IMG/VR virus record: IMGVR_UViG_3300031951_021456
Span: 1 to 64,000 of that record
DNA: 64,000 bases
Reading direction: 5' to 3' (one strand)
The notes beneath the pieces are model-generated. The model was given only the letters and a program-made list of their open reading frames with translations. It had not been told where the DNA came from and did no database searches. The translations under genes and the position numbers were made by a program. The first letter of the stretch is position 1. Every line of letters starts with the position of its first letter. Below, one piece after another: positions 7,041 through 16,885 of this stretch.

Positions 7041-7265
7041 ATGTCAGAGCAAACATTTGCAGAAAAGTTTAAAAAAGAGAATTACACTCTACAGAGAGCA
7101 CTTGACCGGGAGGTAATTCTACCTATTGATAAGCCCAAACTCTGGAAAAAAATCTTGAAGCATTTTGAAGATGAGGGTATTGAATTTTATGGTGAGATTG
7201 AAGCCGATTATATTATGATTCTTAATCGCATTTCTGAAGAACTTAATATCCAAGTGATGATCTAA
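7041..7265 (+). CDS. Hypothetical protein
   Basis: ORF behind promoter. Confidence 0.7.
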   Translation: MSEQTFAEKFKKENYTLQRALDREVILPIDKPKLWKKILKHFEDEGIEFYGEIEADYIMILNRISEELNIQVMI

Positions 7266-7498
7266 TGTCTGAACAAGTTAAAGTTCTACTTGAAACTGAA
7301 GATTTTCGTTTTGTAATTCGGGGAAAAATTTCCCACAACGATATGCCAGACTATAGAATACAAACAAAGCATCCTAGATTTGATGTTTGGAGAGATTCAG
7401 TGCTACTTGATAATGGCATTCAATGTTCATATGCAATGGAAGATCTTGAATATGCTAAAATGCTAGTTGGTCTTCCAGCATATATCAAAAATGAATAA
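7265..7498 (+). CDS. Hypothetical protein
   Basis: TAATG coupling. Confidence 0.7.
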   Translation: MSEQVKVLLETEDFRFVIRGKISHNDMPDYRIQTKHPRFDVWRDSVLLDNGIQCSYAMEDLEYAKMLVGLPAYIKNE

Positions 7499-7718
7499 AG
7501 AGACTTTACTCAGATTCTTTGGAAATAGCCTGCTAATTATCGGATATTGTGCCATTCTTTACAGTGATTTTAAAATTGGACTATCTATTAAATTTTTAGG
7601 AGGTCTTCTGATTATGCCATCTCTAATTCAACTGAAGATGTGGGATGGTATAATAATTACTTCATTTTTCTCCTTCATTGAAGGCACACGAATTATTCAA
7701 TTATATTTCTTCCAATAA
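7491..7718 (+). CDS. Small membrane protein
   Basis: Hydrophobic segments; ATG at 7491. Confidence 0.65.
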   Translation: MNKETLLRFFGNSLLIIGYCAILYSDFKIGLSIKFLGGLLIMPSLIQLKMWDGIIITSFFSFIEGTRIIQLYFFQ

Positions 7719-7720
7719 TT

Positions 7721-8080
7721 ATGAAAATCTCTAGAGCACATAAAAATTTTGCAGCTCGGTTAAGGCATCAAACTTCTCTAGAATATCCTGAACGATTTCT
7801 AGGACCTAATTGGAAGGATGTACTGAACTTTTGGCTCTATTTGGATACTTTGAGTCGTGAAGAACTTAAGATAGTTCATAATCGTTATTGTGCTTTAGGG
7901 TGGGCGGAATCCCTAAAGAATCTTACACTGAATGCTGCCAAAGTTACTATCGGCTATGAATATGAAGATGCAGCTTGGTTGGCACCTACTTCATTTGCAT
8001 CTGCTTATGCAACCCTTGAACTCATTGGTTCTCATAATCTAGAGGCCTTTACATTTCTTCCCTTGTTTTTGAATCTATGA
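7721..8080 (+). CDS. MKIS/GPNW paralog family, array 1 copy 1
   Basis: LEYPERFLGPNWKDVLNFWLYLDTL...ATLELIGSHNL..FLPLF. Confidence 0.85.
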   Translation: MKISRAHKNFAARLRHQTSLEYPERFLGPNWKDVLNFWLYLDTLSREELKIVHNRYCALGWAESLKNLTLNAAKVTIGYEYEDAAWLAPTSFASAYATLELIGSHNLEAFTFLPLFLNL

Positions 8081-8436
8081 AAATCTCTAAAACTCATCAA
8101 AGACTTGCCGATCGCTTAAATGACCAAACCGCTCTAGAATACCCTGAACATTTTCTAGGACCCAATTGGAAGAATGTATTGAACTTTTGGTTTTATTTGG
8201 ATACTTTGAGTTATGAAGATCTTGAGATAGTTTTTAATCGTTATTTGGCTTTAGGGTGGGTGGACCACCTAAAGGATCTTACAAGGAATGTTGCTAAAGA
8301 TACTATCGGCAATGATTATGAATATGCAACTTTCCGTGCAACTCCCACCTATGAATCAGCTTATACAACAAGTGAACTCATTGGCTCTCATAATCTAGAG
8401 TCCCTTAAGTTTCTTCCCTTGTTTTTGAATCTATGA
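8077..8436 (+). CDS. MKIS/GPNW paralog, array 1 copy 2
   Basis: Same motifs, ATGA overlap. Confidence 0.85.
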   Translation: MKISKTHQRLADRLNDQTALEYPEHFLGPNWKNVLNFWFYLDTLSYEDLEIVFNRYLALGWVDHLKDLTRNVAKDTIGNDYEYATFRATPTYESAYTTSELIGSHNLESLKFLPLFLNL

Positions 8437-8786
8437 AAATCTCTAAAACTCATAAAAGATTTGCAGCTCATTTAGATAACCAAACCGCTCTAAAATACCC
8501 TGAACGTTTTCTAGGACCTAATTGGAAGGATGTATTGAACTTCTGGTTGTACTTGGATACTTGGAGTGCTGAGGATACTGAGATAGTTTTTAATCGTTAT
8601 TGGGATTTGGGGGTGTGTGGACCCCTAAAAGGTCTTACCTGGAGAACTGCTAAAGATACTATCGGTATTGAATATGCATCTGTTGCTTGGGATGTACCTT
8701 TTACAATTGGAAGTTCTTATGCAACCCTTGAACTCATTGGTTCTCATAATCTAGAGTCTTTGACTTTTCTTCCTTTGTTTTTATAA
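8433..8786 (+). CDS. MKIS/GPNW paralog, array 1 copy 3
   Basis: Same motifs, ATGA overlap. Confidence 0.85.
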   Translation: MKISKTHKRFAAHLDNQTALKYPERFLGPNWKDVLNFWLYLDTWSAEDTEIVFNRYWDLGVCGPLKGLTWRTAKDTIGIEYASVAWDVPFTIGSSYATLELIGSHNLESLTFLPLFL

Positions 8787-8788
8787 TT

Positions 8789-9220
8789 ATGACACTTTAC
8801 AAAGCAGATGTTTGGCTAGGAAGCAATTCTGGATTTCAAACCGTTGAAATAAATTCAAGTAGCATTGTTGGAGTCACGGAACAAATAAAAACAAGATATC
8901 ATGTAAAATCTGAAAATATACGAAACATTAGGACAGTTAATGATGAAAATGCCACCGATTCTGGTTCCCTTATTGGGATTGGAGGTTTATTTCTATTTGT
9001 TCTTTTTGCATTGTATCCAACTATAGTTCTCACTATCTTATTTGGAGGAACTGGAGCATGGCTAATGACAAAACTTTCAGGAAAACCATTTAGCAGTATT
9101 TGCGAAAAGAAAAATAGAAAACTCTATAATAGTATTCTAATTGTTAGTCTTCTCTGTGGAGGATTTGGATTTTATGTTGGAAATAATATTCAGATTCAGC
9201 AAAACTCACAAGAAAAATGA
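8789..9220 (+). CDS. Membrane protein interrupting array 1
   Basis: 2-3 hydrophobic helices in C-terminal half. Confidence 0.75.
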   Translation: MTLYKADVWLGSNSGFQTVEINSSSIVGVTEQIKTRYHVKSENIRNIRTVNDENATDSGSLIGIGGLFLFVLFALYPTIVLTILFGGTGAWLMTKLSGKPFSSICEKKNRKLYNSILIVSLLCGGFGFYVGNNIQIQQNSQEK

Positions 9221-9627
9221 AAATCTCAACAGCACATCAAATATTTGCTGATCGTTTAAAAGACCAAACAGCTCTAGAATGCCCTGAACGATTTCTAGGA
9301 CCTAATTGGAAAGATGTACTGAACTTTTGGATTTATTTGGATACTTTGAGTCGTGAAGATTTTAGGTTACTTAATAAGCGTTATTATGCTTTAGATGTAG
9401 ATGCTAGAGTTTTTGCTAGGGACAATGCCTTTAAAGCTGCTGAAGCTACTATAGTTCACGAATATGGAAATGTAGCTTGGTTGGTAACACCTACATATGC
9501 ATCTAGTCATGCAACCCTTGAACTCATCGCTTCACATAATCTAGAATCTAGTCATGCAACCCTTGAACTCATCGCTTCACATAATCTAGAATCTCTTAAG
9601 TTTCTTCCTTTGTTTCTAAATCTATGA
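9217..9627 (+). CDS. MKIS/GPNW paralog, array 1 copy 4 (internal 45-bp duplication)
   Basis: Same motifs; SSHATLELIASHNLE twice. Confidence 0.85.
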   Translation: MKISTAHQIFADRLKDQTALECPERFLGPNWKDVLNFWIYLDTLSREDFRLLNKRYYALDVDARVFARDNAFKAAEATIVHEYGNVAWLVTPTYASSHATLELIASHNLESSHATLELIASHNLESLKFLPLFLNL

Positions 9628-10040
9628 AAATCTCTAAAACTCATCAAAGACTTGCAGATGATCTAAACAGGTTGCACGACCTTCAAGGTGCTCTAGACCA
9701 TCCAAAATATTATCTGGGATCCAACTGGAAAGATGTCATTAACTTTTGGTTATTTCTAGATACTTTGACTATAGCACAATTATGTATTATTAATCATAGA
9801 TATTTGGCCTTGGATCGCGATGATAAGAATGTTTTAATATCCGTTTGGGATACTTATACTGGATGTGAGAAATTTTACTATCAGGTTGCTTATGAAGCAG
9901 TTTGTGCAGTTTCAAAACCAGCTTCATTATTTTGGATTCCTAGCGCAAAAGCTAAAGCAACAATAGAAATTATGGTTAGGGATGATCTCCTAAATTCTAA
10001 AAAATCTTTAGTTTTTCTTCCTTTATTTATAAATATATGA
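9624..10040 (+). CDS. MKIS/GPNW paralog, array 1 copy 5 (divergent)
   Basis: LGSNWKDVINFWLFLDTL...FLPLF. Confidence 0.8.
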   Translation: MKISKTHQRLADDLNRLHDLQGALDHPKYYLGSNWKDVINFWLFLDTLTIAQLCIINHRYLALDRDDKNVLISVWDTYTGCEKFYYQVAYEAVCAVSKPASLFWIPSAKAKATIEIMVRDDLLNSKKSLVFLPLFINI

Positions 10041-10825
10041 TATCATTTAATAGTCTCTCAAATCTAGGAAGACTTGGAAACCAAATGTTTCAATATGCTT
10101 CCCTCAAAGGAATAGCAAAACATAGGGGTTTTGATTTCTGCATCCCAATGAAAGATGTTGCAGGTAAAATTGACATTAATGTGAGAAATTCAGATGCAAA
10201 TATTTACAATACATTTAAACTAAAAAATGTAAATTATAATATCACACAAAATCCACAAATTAGAGAAAAAACATTCAATTTTGATCAAGACTTGTTTGAG
10301 AACTGTCCAGATAATGTAGATCTATTTGGGTATTTTCAAAATGAAAAATATTTTGAACACATTGAAGAAGAAATAAAAGAAGATTTTGCGTTTTCAAATA
10401 AAATACAAGAATTATGTAGAAATTTTTTAGGTGCCCGCGAATATATTTCATTACATATTAGGAGAGGAGATTATATCAATAATTCAAATCATCCAGTTCA
10501 ACCACTTAATTATTATGAAGTAGCTCTTAAAGAACTGGATGTTAATATTCCAGTAATAGTCTTTTCGGATGATTATGAATGGTGTAAAACCCAAACAATA
10601 TTTGAATCATCTCGCTTTTTAATTTCTGAAGGCAATTCAACAGAAATTGATCTTTGCTTACAAACTTTGTGTTCTTATCATATTATTAGTAATTCATCAT
10701 TTTCTTGGTGGGGTAGTTATCTAGCTAAAAGCAAAAAAACAATAGCGCCAAAGATTTGGTTTTCAGGATCTTTAATAAACAATGAATGTTCTGGTATATA
10801 TAGAAAGTCTTGGATCGTAATTTAG
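10037..10825 (+). CDS. GT11 alpha-1,2-fucosyltransferase-like
   Basis: GRLGNQMFQYA, GYFQ, HIRRGDY, SNSSFSWW. Confidence 0.9.
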   Translation: MISFNSLSNLGRLGNQMFQYASLKGIAKHRGFDFCIPMKDVAGKIDINVRNSDANIYNTFKLKNVNYNITQNPQIREKTFNFDQDLFENCPDNVDLFGYFQNEKYFEHIEEEIKEDFAFSNKIQELCRNFLGAREYISLHIRRGDYINNSNHPVQPLNYYEVALKELDVNIPVIVFSDDYEWCKTQTIFESSRFLISEGNSTEIDLCLQTLCSYHIISNSSFSWWGSYLAKSKKTIAPKIWFSGSLINNECSGIYRKSWIVI

Positions 10826-10827
10826 AC

Positions 10828-11610
10828 ATGAATAATCTTTGGGATGTTAATCAATCAATGATTGACAATTACTTGCAAGCATGTAGAGAATTTACAAATA
10901 ATGATGAACTCTTTTGTAATTTTAAAAGAGATTCTAGATATACTCCTGTTCTTGAGCATTTAACTGAAGAAGATGCTCGGCTATATTTTTCAGAGATGAA
11001 ATCTAAAGAAGCTTTAACCAATATAGTTTTAGATTCTGTTAAAGAAAATGATCTTTATGGAACACCAGTAATAATCAATCATTCAGAATTAGGAGCAATA
11101 TCTCCAACAACAGTTAGGTATCTTAAAAACTCCTTGGATATTGTTGCTGGCTTTAAAGATAATCTTCCCTTTAAAAAGGTTCTAGAAATTGGTGGTGGAT
11201 ATGGAGGTCTGTGTAAAGTTTTTAGTTCCTTTAATAAATTTAATTCATATTATCTTGTAGATTTTCCTGAAGTTAATGGTCTTTCTAAGAAATATTTGAG
11301 TAATTTTAAAGATATCAGGAACAAAACCTATCAAATTTCAACTAATACTCTCAGAGAAATTAAAGACATTGATTTAGTCATTAGCAATTATGCTTTCTCA
11401 GAATGCTCAAGAGAAGTTCAAGAAACTTACTATAATCTGTATATTAAGAACGCAAAGAATTTTTATTTAGTGTATAACAACTTTACCGAAAATAATATGA
11501 ACTCTGAAGCATTTATTGAAAAAGCCTCTAAAGATTTTGAGATTTCATTTGAGACAGAGCTTCGCCCACCCCACACTGTTCACATCATCTACGGGAAAAA
11601 TGCTAATTGA
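10828..11610 (+). CDS. Putative sugar O-methyltransferase
   Basis: LEIGGGYGGL SAM motif, ISNYAFSE. Confidence 0.8.
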   Translation: MNNLWDVNQSMIDNYLQACREFTNNDELFCNFKRDSRYTPVLEHLTEEDARLYFSEMKSKEALTNIVLDSVKENDLYGTPVIINHSELGAISPTTVRYLKNSLDIVAGFKDNLPFKKVLEIGGGYGGLCKVFSSFNKFNSYYLVDFPEVNGLSKKYLSNFKDIRNKTYQISTNTLREIKDIDLVISNYAFSECSREVQETYYNLYIKNAKNFYLVYNNFTENNMNSEAFIEKASKDFEISFETELRPPHTVHIIYGKNAN

Positions 11611-12271
11611 TTTGAAAAAAATTCCAGCATATTATATTAATCTTTCTCATCATACCGAGAAAAGAGATAAAATGGAGACGTTATTAAGAAAACTCGGGTT
11701 TAATATGATTATTAGATTAGAAGGATATAACTATCCAGATAATCCCTCAGCAGGCTGTTCTAGAGCGCACTATGATGCTCTATTTAATTATCATAGCGAG
11801 AGGGGATGTCCTTTTATTCTTTTTGAAGATGATGTAATTTTGAATGAAGAACAATGGCTAGATGGAATCATTGATATTCCTAATGATGCAAGTGCATTAT
11901 ATTTGGGCACCTCAACTTGGGGTAGAATGAATGGCCATAATGGAGAATATATTCAATATGATGTGCTCCAAGATCATCCAGGAGTTTTAAAAATTTATAA
12001 TATGCTCGCAACTCATGCAATTTTATATTTAAATAAAGAGTATGTTAATATGATAAGACGAGCAGCATTTCACACTGGTTATGTAATTGAAGATTATAAT
12101 GACGTTGCATTTGCAGAATTGCAGAGATATTTCAAGGTTTATGCTCTTGATAATCCACTATTTTTCCAGACAAGTAATTTAAATGCTACAAATAAGAAAA
12201 TTACTTCAATAAATCATACAGAATGTATGGAAATCAACCCACTTCAATTTTATCCCTATTCTTTAAAGTAA
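11600..12271 (+). CDS. GT25-like glycosyltransferase
   Basis: YYINL, GCSRAH, FEDD. Confidence 0.75.
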   Translation: MLIDLKKIPAYYINLSHHTEKRDKMETLLRKLGFNMIIRLEGYNYPDNPSAGCSRAHYDALFNYHSERGCPFILFEDDVILNEEQWLDGIIDIPNDASALYLGTSTWGRMNGHNGEYIQYDVLQDHPGVLKIYNMLATHAILYLNKEYVNMIRRAAFHTGYVIEDYNDVAFAELQRYFKVYALDNPLFFQTSNLNATNKKITSINHTECMEINPLQFYPYSLK

Positions 12272-12936
12272 TGTATAATATTTCTGCAGATTGTCAAGTT
12301 AAAACTCTCAATGACATTTACACCAAATATTTTGGATATCCCTCAACAGGTTTCTTTGTTGAAGTTGGAGCGTATGATGGTGAATTTGTGTCTAATACCT
12401 CATTTCTTGCAGATATGGGTTGGAATGGTCTCTATATTGAACCAATCTATGATTACTATAAAAAATGCTTAAAACGTCACGAAAAAAATAATGTAACAGT
12501 TGCAAATGTTGCAATTGGCCTTGAAGAAGGCGAAGTTAAAATTTATCGCGGAGAAACACTTTCAACGCTTAATGCTGAGCAAGTAAATCGTTATAAAGAG
12601 ATTGATTGGTCTTCTCATATTAATTTTGAAGAAACTACCTGCGATCAGATGCGTTTGGATACATTGATGAAAAAACTAAATGTGCCAAAAAACTTTGATA
12701 TTCTTGTTGTTGATGTTGAGGGTAAAGAATCTGAAATATTCCAAACATTTGATTTGAATGAGTGGTGCCCTAAAATGTTGATTGTTGAGCTTGAAGATGA
12801 GCATCCCTCATTTCAAAATTATCCAGATTTGATTGAAGAGATTAAGTGTCTGAGGAAATTCATCAAATCAAAAGATTATACAGAAATCTATAGAGATTCA
12901 GTAAATACTGTATTTGTTTTAGGAGAATTATCATGA
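12271..12936 (+). CDS. FkbM family methyltransferase
   Basis: FVEVGAYDG..SNT, W.GLYIEP, VDVEG.E. Confidence 0.9.
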   Translation: MYNISADCQVKTLNDIYTKYFGYPSTGFFVEVGAYDGEFVSNTSFLADMGWNGLYIEPIYDYYKKCLKRHEKNNVTVANVAIGLEEGEVKIYRGETLSTLNAEQVNRYKEIDWSSHINFEETTCDQMRLDTLMKKLNVPKNFDILVVDVEGKESEIFQTFDLNEWCPKMLIVELEDEHPSFQNYPDLIEEIKCLRKFIKSKDYTEIYRDSVNTVFVLGELS

Positions 12937-13661
12937 AAAATATCTGCATTTTAAATATTGCAACAAATAAGTATATTCAATTTGTCAATCCACTATTAGA
13001 TTCAATTGATTCTAACTTTTTAACGGGTCATAAAGTTGATGCTCTAGTCTTTACAAATCAAGAACTGGATGTAGAATCTGACAGAATTAAAATTTCTCAG
13101 ATTGAACATGAGCCCTGGCCAATGCCAACATTAAAACGTTATCATTATTTTATTAAAGAAAAAGAGCATATTCTTAAGTATGATTATTGTTTCTATCTTG
13201 ATGTTGATATGTTAATTGTAGACAAAGTTGGTGAAGAAATCTTAAGCGATTTAGTTGCAACTCAACATCCAGGAATGTGGTCATATTCTTCAGAACAATT
13301 TACATATGAAAGGCGCCCACAGAGTTCTGCATATGTTCCATTTGGAATTGGAAACAAATATTATGCTGGTGGATTTAATGGTGGAACACCTCACAATTTT
13401 CTAAAAATGTCTGAAGTCATTGTGGATAATGTCAATAAAGATTTTGATAATGGTATTATAGCTGAATGGCACGATGAATCTCATATGAATCGTTATCTTA
13501 TTGATAAACCTCCTACTCTTGAATTGAATCCATCATATTGTTTCCCTGAAGGGGCAGACTTTGATGGAAAGCCGACAAAATTTTATCCATACGGCTGGAA
13601 AGTTCCTTTCTCACCAAAAATTATGGCATTACAAAAAAATCACAGTGAATTTCGCAAATGA
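12933..13661 (+). CDS. GT6 (ABO-type) glycosyltransferase
   Basis: IATNKY, YLDVDM, YYAGGFNGG, WHDESHMNRY. Confidence 0.9.
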   Translation: MKNICILNIATNKYIQFVNPLLDSIDSNFLTGHKVDALVFTNQELDVESDRIKISQIEHEPWPMPTLKRYHYFIKEKEHILKYDYCFYLDVDMLIVDKVGEEILSDLVATQHPGMWSYSSEQFTYERRPQSSAYVPFGIGNKYYAGGFNGGTPHNFLKMSEVIVDNVNKDFDNGIIAEWHDESHMNRYLIDKPPTLELNPSYCFPEGADFDGKPTKFYPYGWKVPFSPKIMALQKNHSEFRK

Positions 13662-14410
13662 AATTAGACTTAAGAAGTATTCCAATTTATTATATTAATC
13701 TAGACAAAGAAACAGAAAAAAATAAAAGAACTCAATTGCTTCTACAGCAAATGGGATTTAAAGATATTCATAGAATCTCAGCAACTGAGCATAGTGCTGG
13801 GAGGATTGTTGGCTGTGCCAGATCTCATCATAAGATTCTTTCCCAACTTTCATCTCCTGCAATTATTATTGAAGATGATTGTGCACTTAATAAAGAATTT
13901 GATGGTTTTATTGACATCCCTGAAGATTCCGATGCTGTATATCTTGGCATTTCTCATTGGGGTAGATATTTAAATCATTCTGGTCCATATGTTCACACGT
14001 CTAAAACTATTACTGAATGTGTAAGAGTTCATAATATGCTTGCAACACATGCAATTTTATATTTGAAACAAGATTACATTAACAATTGTGCAAGAATAGC
14101 GAGATATTATGGATATACTATACATTGCCATGTTGATATTGGATTTGCAGAGTCTCAAAAATATTTCAATGTTTATGCCCTAGATGAACCACTTTTAAGG
14201 CAATATGAATGGTCTGCAATTACAACTGGACGACTTTCTGAAAATTCTATTGATATATCACAAGCGGAAAACTTTTATCAGCAGATTTTGAAAGATGATT
14301 CAAATTTTTATAAGCTAAATGAGGAGTTCAAATCTCCTTTTCGTCTGTTAATAAGTAGACGTGATGTCAATGGCATTCCTGGCTATTTTGTTCCAACTAG
14401 AATTATATGA
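13658..14410 (+). CDS. GT25-like glycosyltransferase
   Basis: YYINL, GCARSH, IEDD; paralog of 11600..12271 (shared NMLATHAILYL). Confidence 0.75.
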   Translation: MKLDLRSIPIYYINLDKETEKNKRTQLLLQQMGFKDIHRISATEHSAGRIVGCARSHHKILSQLSSPAIIIEDDCALNKEFDGFIDIPEDSDAVYLGISHWGRYLNHSGPYVHTSKTITECVRVHNMLATHAILYLKQDYINNCARIARYYGYTIHCHVDIGFAESQKYFNVYALDEPLLRQYEWSAITTGRLSENSIDISQAENFYQQILKDDSNFYKLNEEFKSPFRLLISRRDVNGIPGYFVPTRII

Positions 14411-15300
14411 AAAGTATTGTAACTGGCGGATGTGGATTTATTGGTTCACATATTGTTGATAAACTTATTGAGAATGGGCATGAAGTGATTGTCATTGACA
14501 GTCAAACATCCTCAACGAGAACTGAATATTTCTTTAACAATCTTGCAACGTATCATAAAAAAGATCTAACACATTATGAAGAAGTTGAAAAACTTTTTGA
14601 TGGAGTAAACTATGTTTTCCATTTAGCATCTGAAATTTCAATACCATATTGCATTGAAAATCCCAGAGAGACAATGCAAAATAATGTTATTTCTACTCTT
14701 AATGTTTTAGATGCATCTAAAAAACATTCAGTTAATAGAGTCATATTTTCATCAACTTCAGCGGTTTATGGTAATGGACTTTGGCTCCCAAATTATGAAA
14801 CTAATGGTGTTGATTGTTTGAATACATATTCAATTTCAAAGTATTCAAGTGAACAACTCTGTAAAATGTACTATAAGTTATATGGTTTACAGACAATTAT
14901 TTTTAGATATTTTAATGTTTATGGTGAACGTCAACCTATAAACGGAAGTTATGCTCCAGTTATTGGAATTTTTCTTAAACAGAAGAAAAATAATCAACCC
15001 CTAACTCTTATAGGTGAAGGATATCAAACTAGAGATTTTATTCATGTTTCAGATGTTGTATCTGCAAACATTTTAGCATCTCAAAAAGAAAATTTAGAAT
15101 TTGGTGGTGTTTTTAATGTTGGGACTGGCATCGGAACGAGCATTGAAACTGTCGCAGATTTAATTTCTAAAGATCATTTATATCTTCCAGAACGACCCGG
15201 TGAAGTAGTGCATTCAAGAGCAAATATAGATAAAATTAAAGAGCAATTAAATTGGGAGCCAAAAATTGATGTATTAAAATGGATCAAAAAACAACTATGA
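14407..15300 (+). CDS. NAD-dependent nucleotide-sugar epimerase/dehydratase
   Basis: TGGCGFIGS, YSISK, RYFNVYG, RDFIHV. Confidence 0.9.
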   Translation: MKSIVTGGCGFIGSHIVDKLIENGHEVIVIDSQTSSTRTEYFFNNLATYHKKDLTHYEEVEKLFDGVNYVFHLASEISIPYCIENPRETMQNNVISTLNVLDASKKHSVNRVIFSSTSAVYGNGLWLPNYETNGVDCLNTYSISKYSSEQLCKMYYKLYGLQTIIFRYFNVYGERQPINGSYAPVIGIFLKQKKNNQPLTLIGEGYQTRDFIHVSDVVSANILASQKENLEFGGVFNVGTGIGTSIETVADLISKDHLYLPERPGEVVHSRANIDKIKEQLNWEPKIDVLKWIKKQL

Positions 15301-16046
15301 TTGAAGTCTTTATTTTTACATTCAATCGGCCAGATTTTTTGGAGATTCAAGTTGACTGTCTCAAAAAGTTTATGGTGAATAAGTTTAGATTAAATATCAT
15401 TCACGATACAAGAACATTTCAATTTTCTCAAGACTTCATTGATATATGTGAAAAACTAAGAAGCAAATATAAAGATCTAGAAATTCTCTTTCAGCAACAT
15501 TATACTCTAGAATCTCTATCTTCTTCTCAATATCATGCCAAGGTTTTGCAGTGGACTACCGACAAATTAGTTGCATTTTCAAATGAAGAAATATGCCTCT
15601 TTCTAGATCATGATATTTTTCTAGTTGAAGAATTTGATCTAATTGAGGAATTAGATGGCTACGATATCATGGGTCTTCAACAATCTCGCTCTGATGTTAA
15701 ATATGTTTGGCCAGGTCTTGTTGCTTTTAAGGCTAATCTAGCTACAGAAATTGATTGGAATTGTGGAGAGTATTATGGTCAGCTTTTAGATACTGGTGGT
15801 GGAACTTCTAAATTATTAAAAAATCCACAAGTTTGTTATAAGAGCTATAATGTTGAATATCCAGAAATGTATAAATCTTGGCATCTAAAAGATTTAAATA
15901 TAACATTCGGCTATAACTTTGAACTACATAATGAAAAGTTTCTACATTATAGAAATGCATGTAGTTGGGATACACAGTATATTCTAAGAGACACAAATAA
16001 AACTGAAATTTTATTTTCAATACTTAAAGATGTTTTGAATGGATAA
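15297..16046 (+). CDS. Putative GT-A fold glycosyltransferase
   Basis: TFNRP...FLDHD DxD motif; island context. Confidence 0.6.
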   Translation: MIEVFIFTFNRPDFLEIQVDCLKKFMVNKFRLNIIHDTRTFQFSQDFIDICEKLRSKYKDLEILFQQHYTLESLSSSQYHAKVLQWTTDKLVAFSNEEICLFLDHDIFLVEEFDLIEELDGYDIMGLQQSRSDVKYVWPGLVAFKANLATEIDWNCGEYYGQLLDTGGGTSKLLKNPQVCYKSYNVEYPEMYKSWHLKDLNITFGYNFELHNEKFLHYRNACSWDTQYILRDTNKTEILFSILKDVLNG

Positions 16047-16848
16047 GAATAAATCAATCTATAAACTCTCTAATCTACCTCCAATTTTTTACATTAATCT
16101 TGATGATCATGAAAAGCGTCGTAGATATATGGAGAATCAATTTTCATATTGGGAAATTGAAAATTATACTAGAATTTCTGCATATGATGGAAGAAATTCA
16201 GATCTCAGTGAAATATTAAGGGGAACATACCCAGAAAATATGACGAGTGGAGAAATTGGATGTACTTGTAGTCATTTAAAGGCTATTCAACATTGGTATA
16301 AAAATTCAGAGACTCCCTATGCAATCTTTATGGAGGACGATGTTGATATTAGCATAGCTAAATTTTGGAATTTTACCTTTTCAGATTTTATCTCCAGAGC
16401 ACCCTATGCCTGGGATTGTATTCAGTTAGCAATTATTTCAACAGGTGATATAAATGTTTCAATCCATACAAGATTTGTTAATAGTTTCTCTACAGCTTGT
16501 TATGTTATTACTCGTCGGTATGCAAAAAAACTTATAGATTTACATGTAAGAGATGAAACTTATCGTTTAGATAATGGCGTAAAACCAAGAGCAACTGCAG
16601 ATGATTTGATATATAATGCTGGCCTCACATATTCCTGTCCATTATTTCTCTATACTCTAGAATTGGGCTCTTCAATACATCCAGAACATTTAGATGCATT
16701 TCACCGAAATTCTTATGAGGGCGTTTATAATTTTTGGTCTCAAATGGGAGCACAATTAACTTTAGATCAAATTACTGACTATAATCCATATTTGGGTCGT
16801 GTCAGTGTGTCATCTGGTCAAGTGGCACAAGAAAATACCAACACTTAA
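16039..16848 (+). CDS. GT25 glycosyltransferase
   Basis: YINLD...RR, ISAYDG, GEIGC..SH, MEDD. Confidence 0.85.
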   Translation: MDKNKSIYKLSNLPPIFYINLDDHEKRRRYMENQFSYWEIENYTRISAYDGRNSDLSEILRGTYPENMTSGEIGCTCSHLKAIQHWYKNSETPYAIFMEDDVDISIAKFWNFTFSDFISRAPYAWDCIQLAIISTGDINVSIHTRFVNSFSTACYVITRRYAKKLIDLHVRDETYRLDNGVKPRATADDLIYNAGLTYSCPLFLYTLELGSSIHPEHLDAFHRNSYEGVYNFWSQMGAQLTLDQITDYNPYLGRVSVSSGQVAQENTNT

Positions 16849-16885
16849 AAATTATGCTAGATTAAAGAGGTGGGATAAAAATCTA

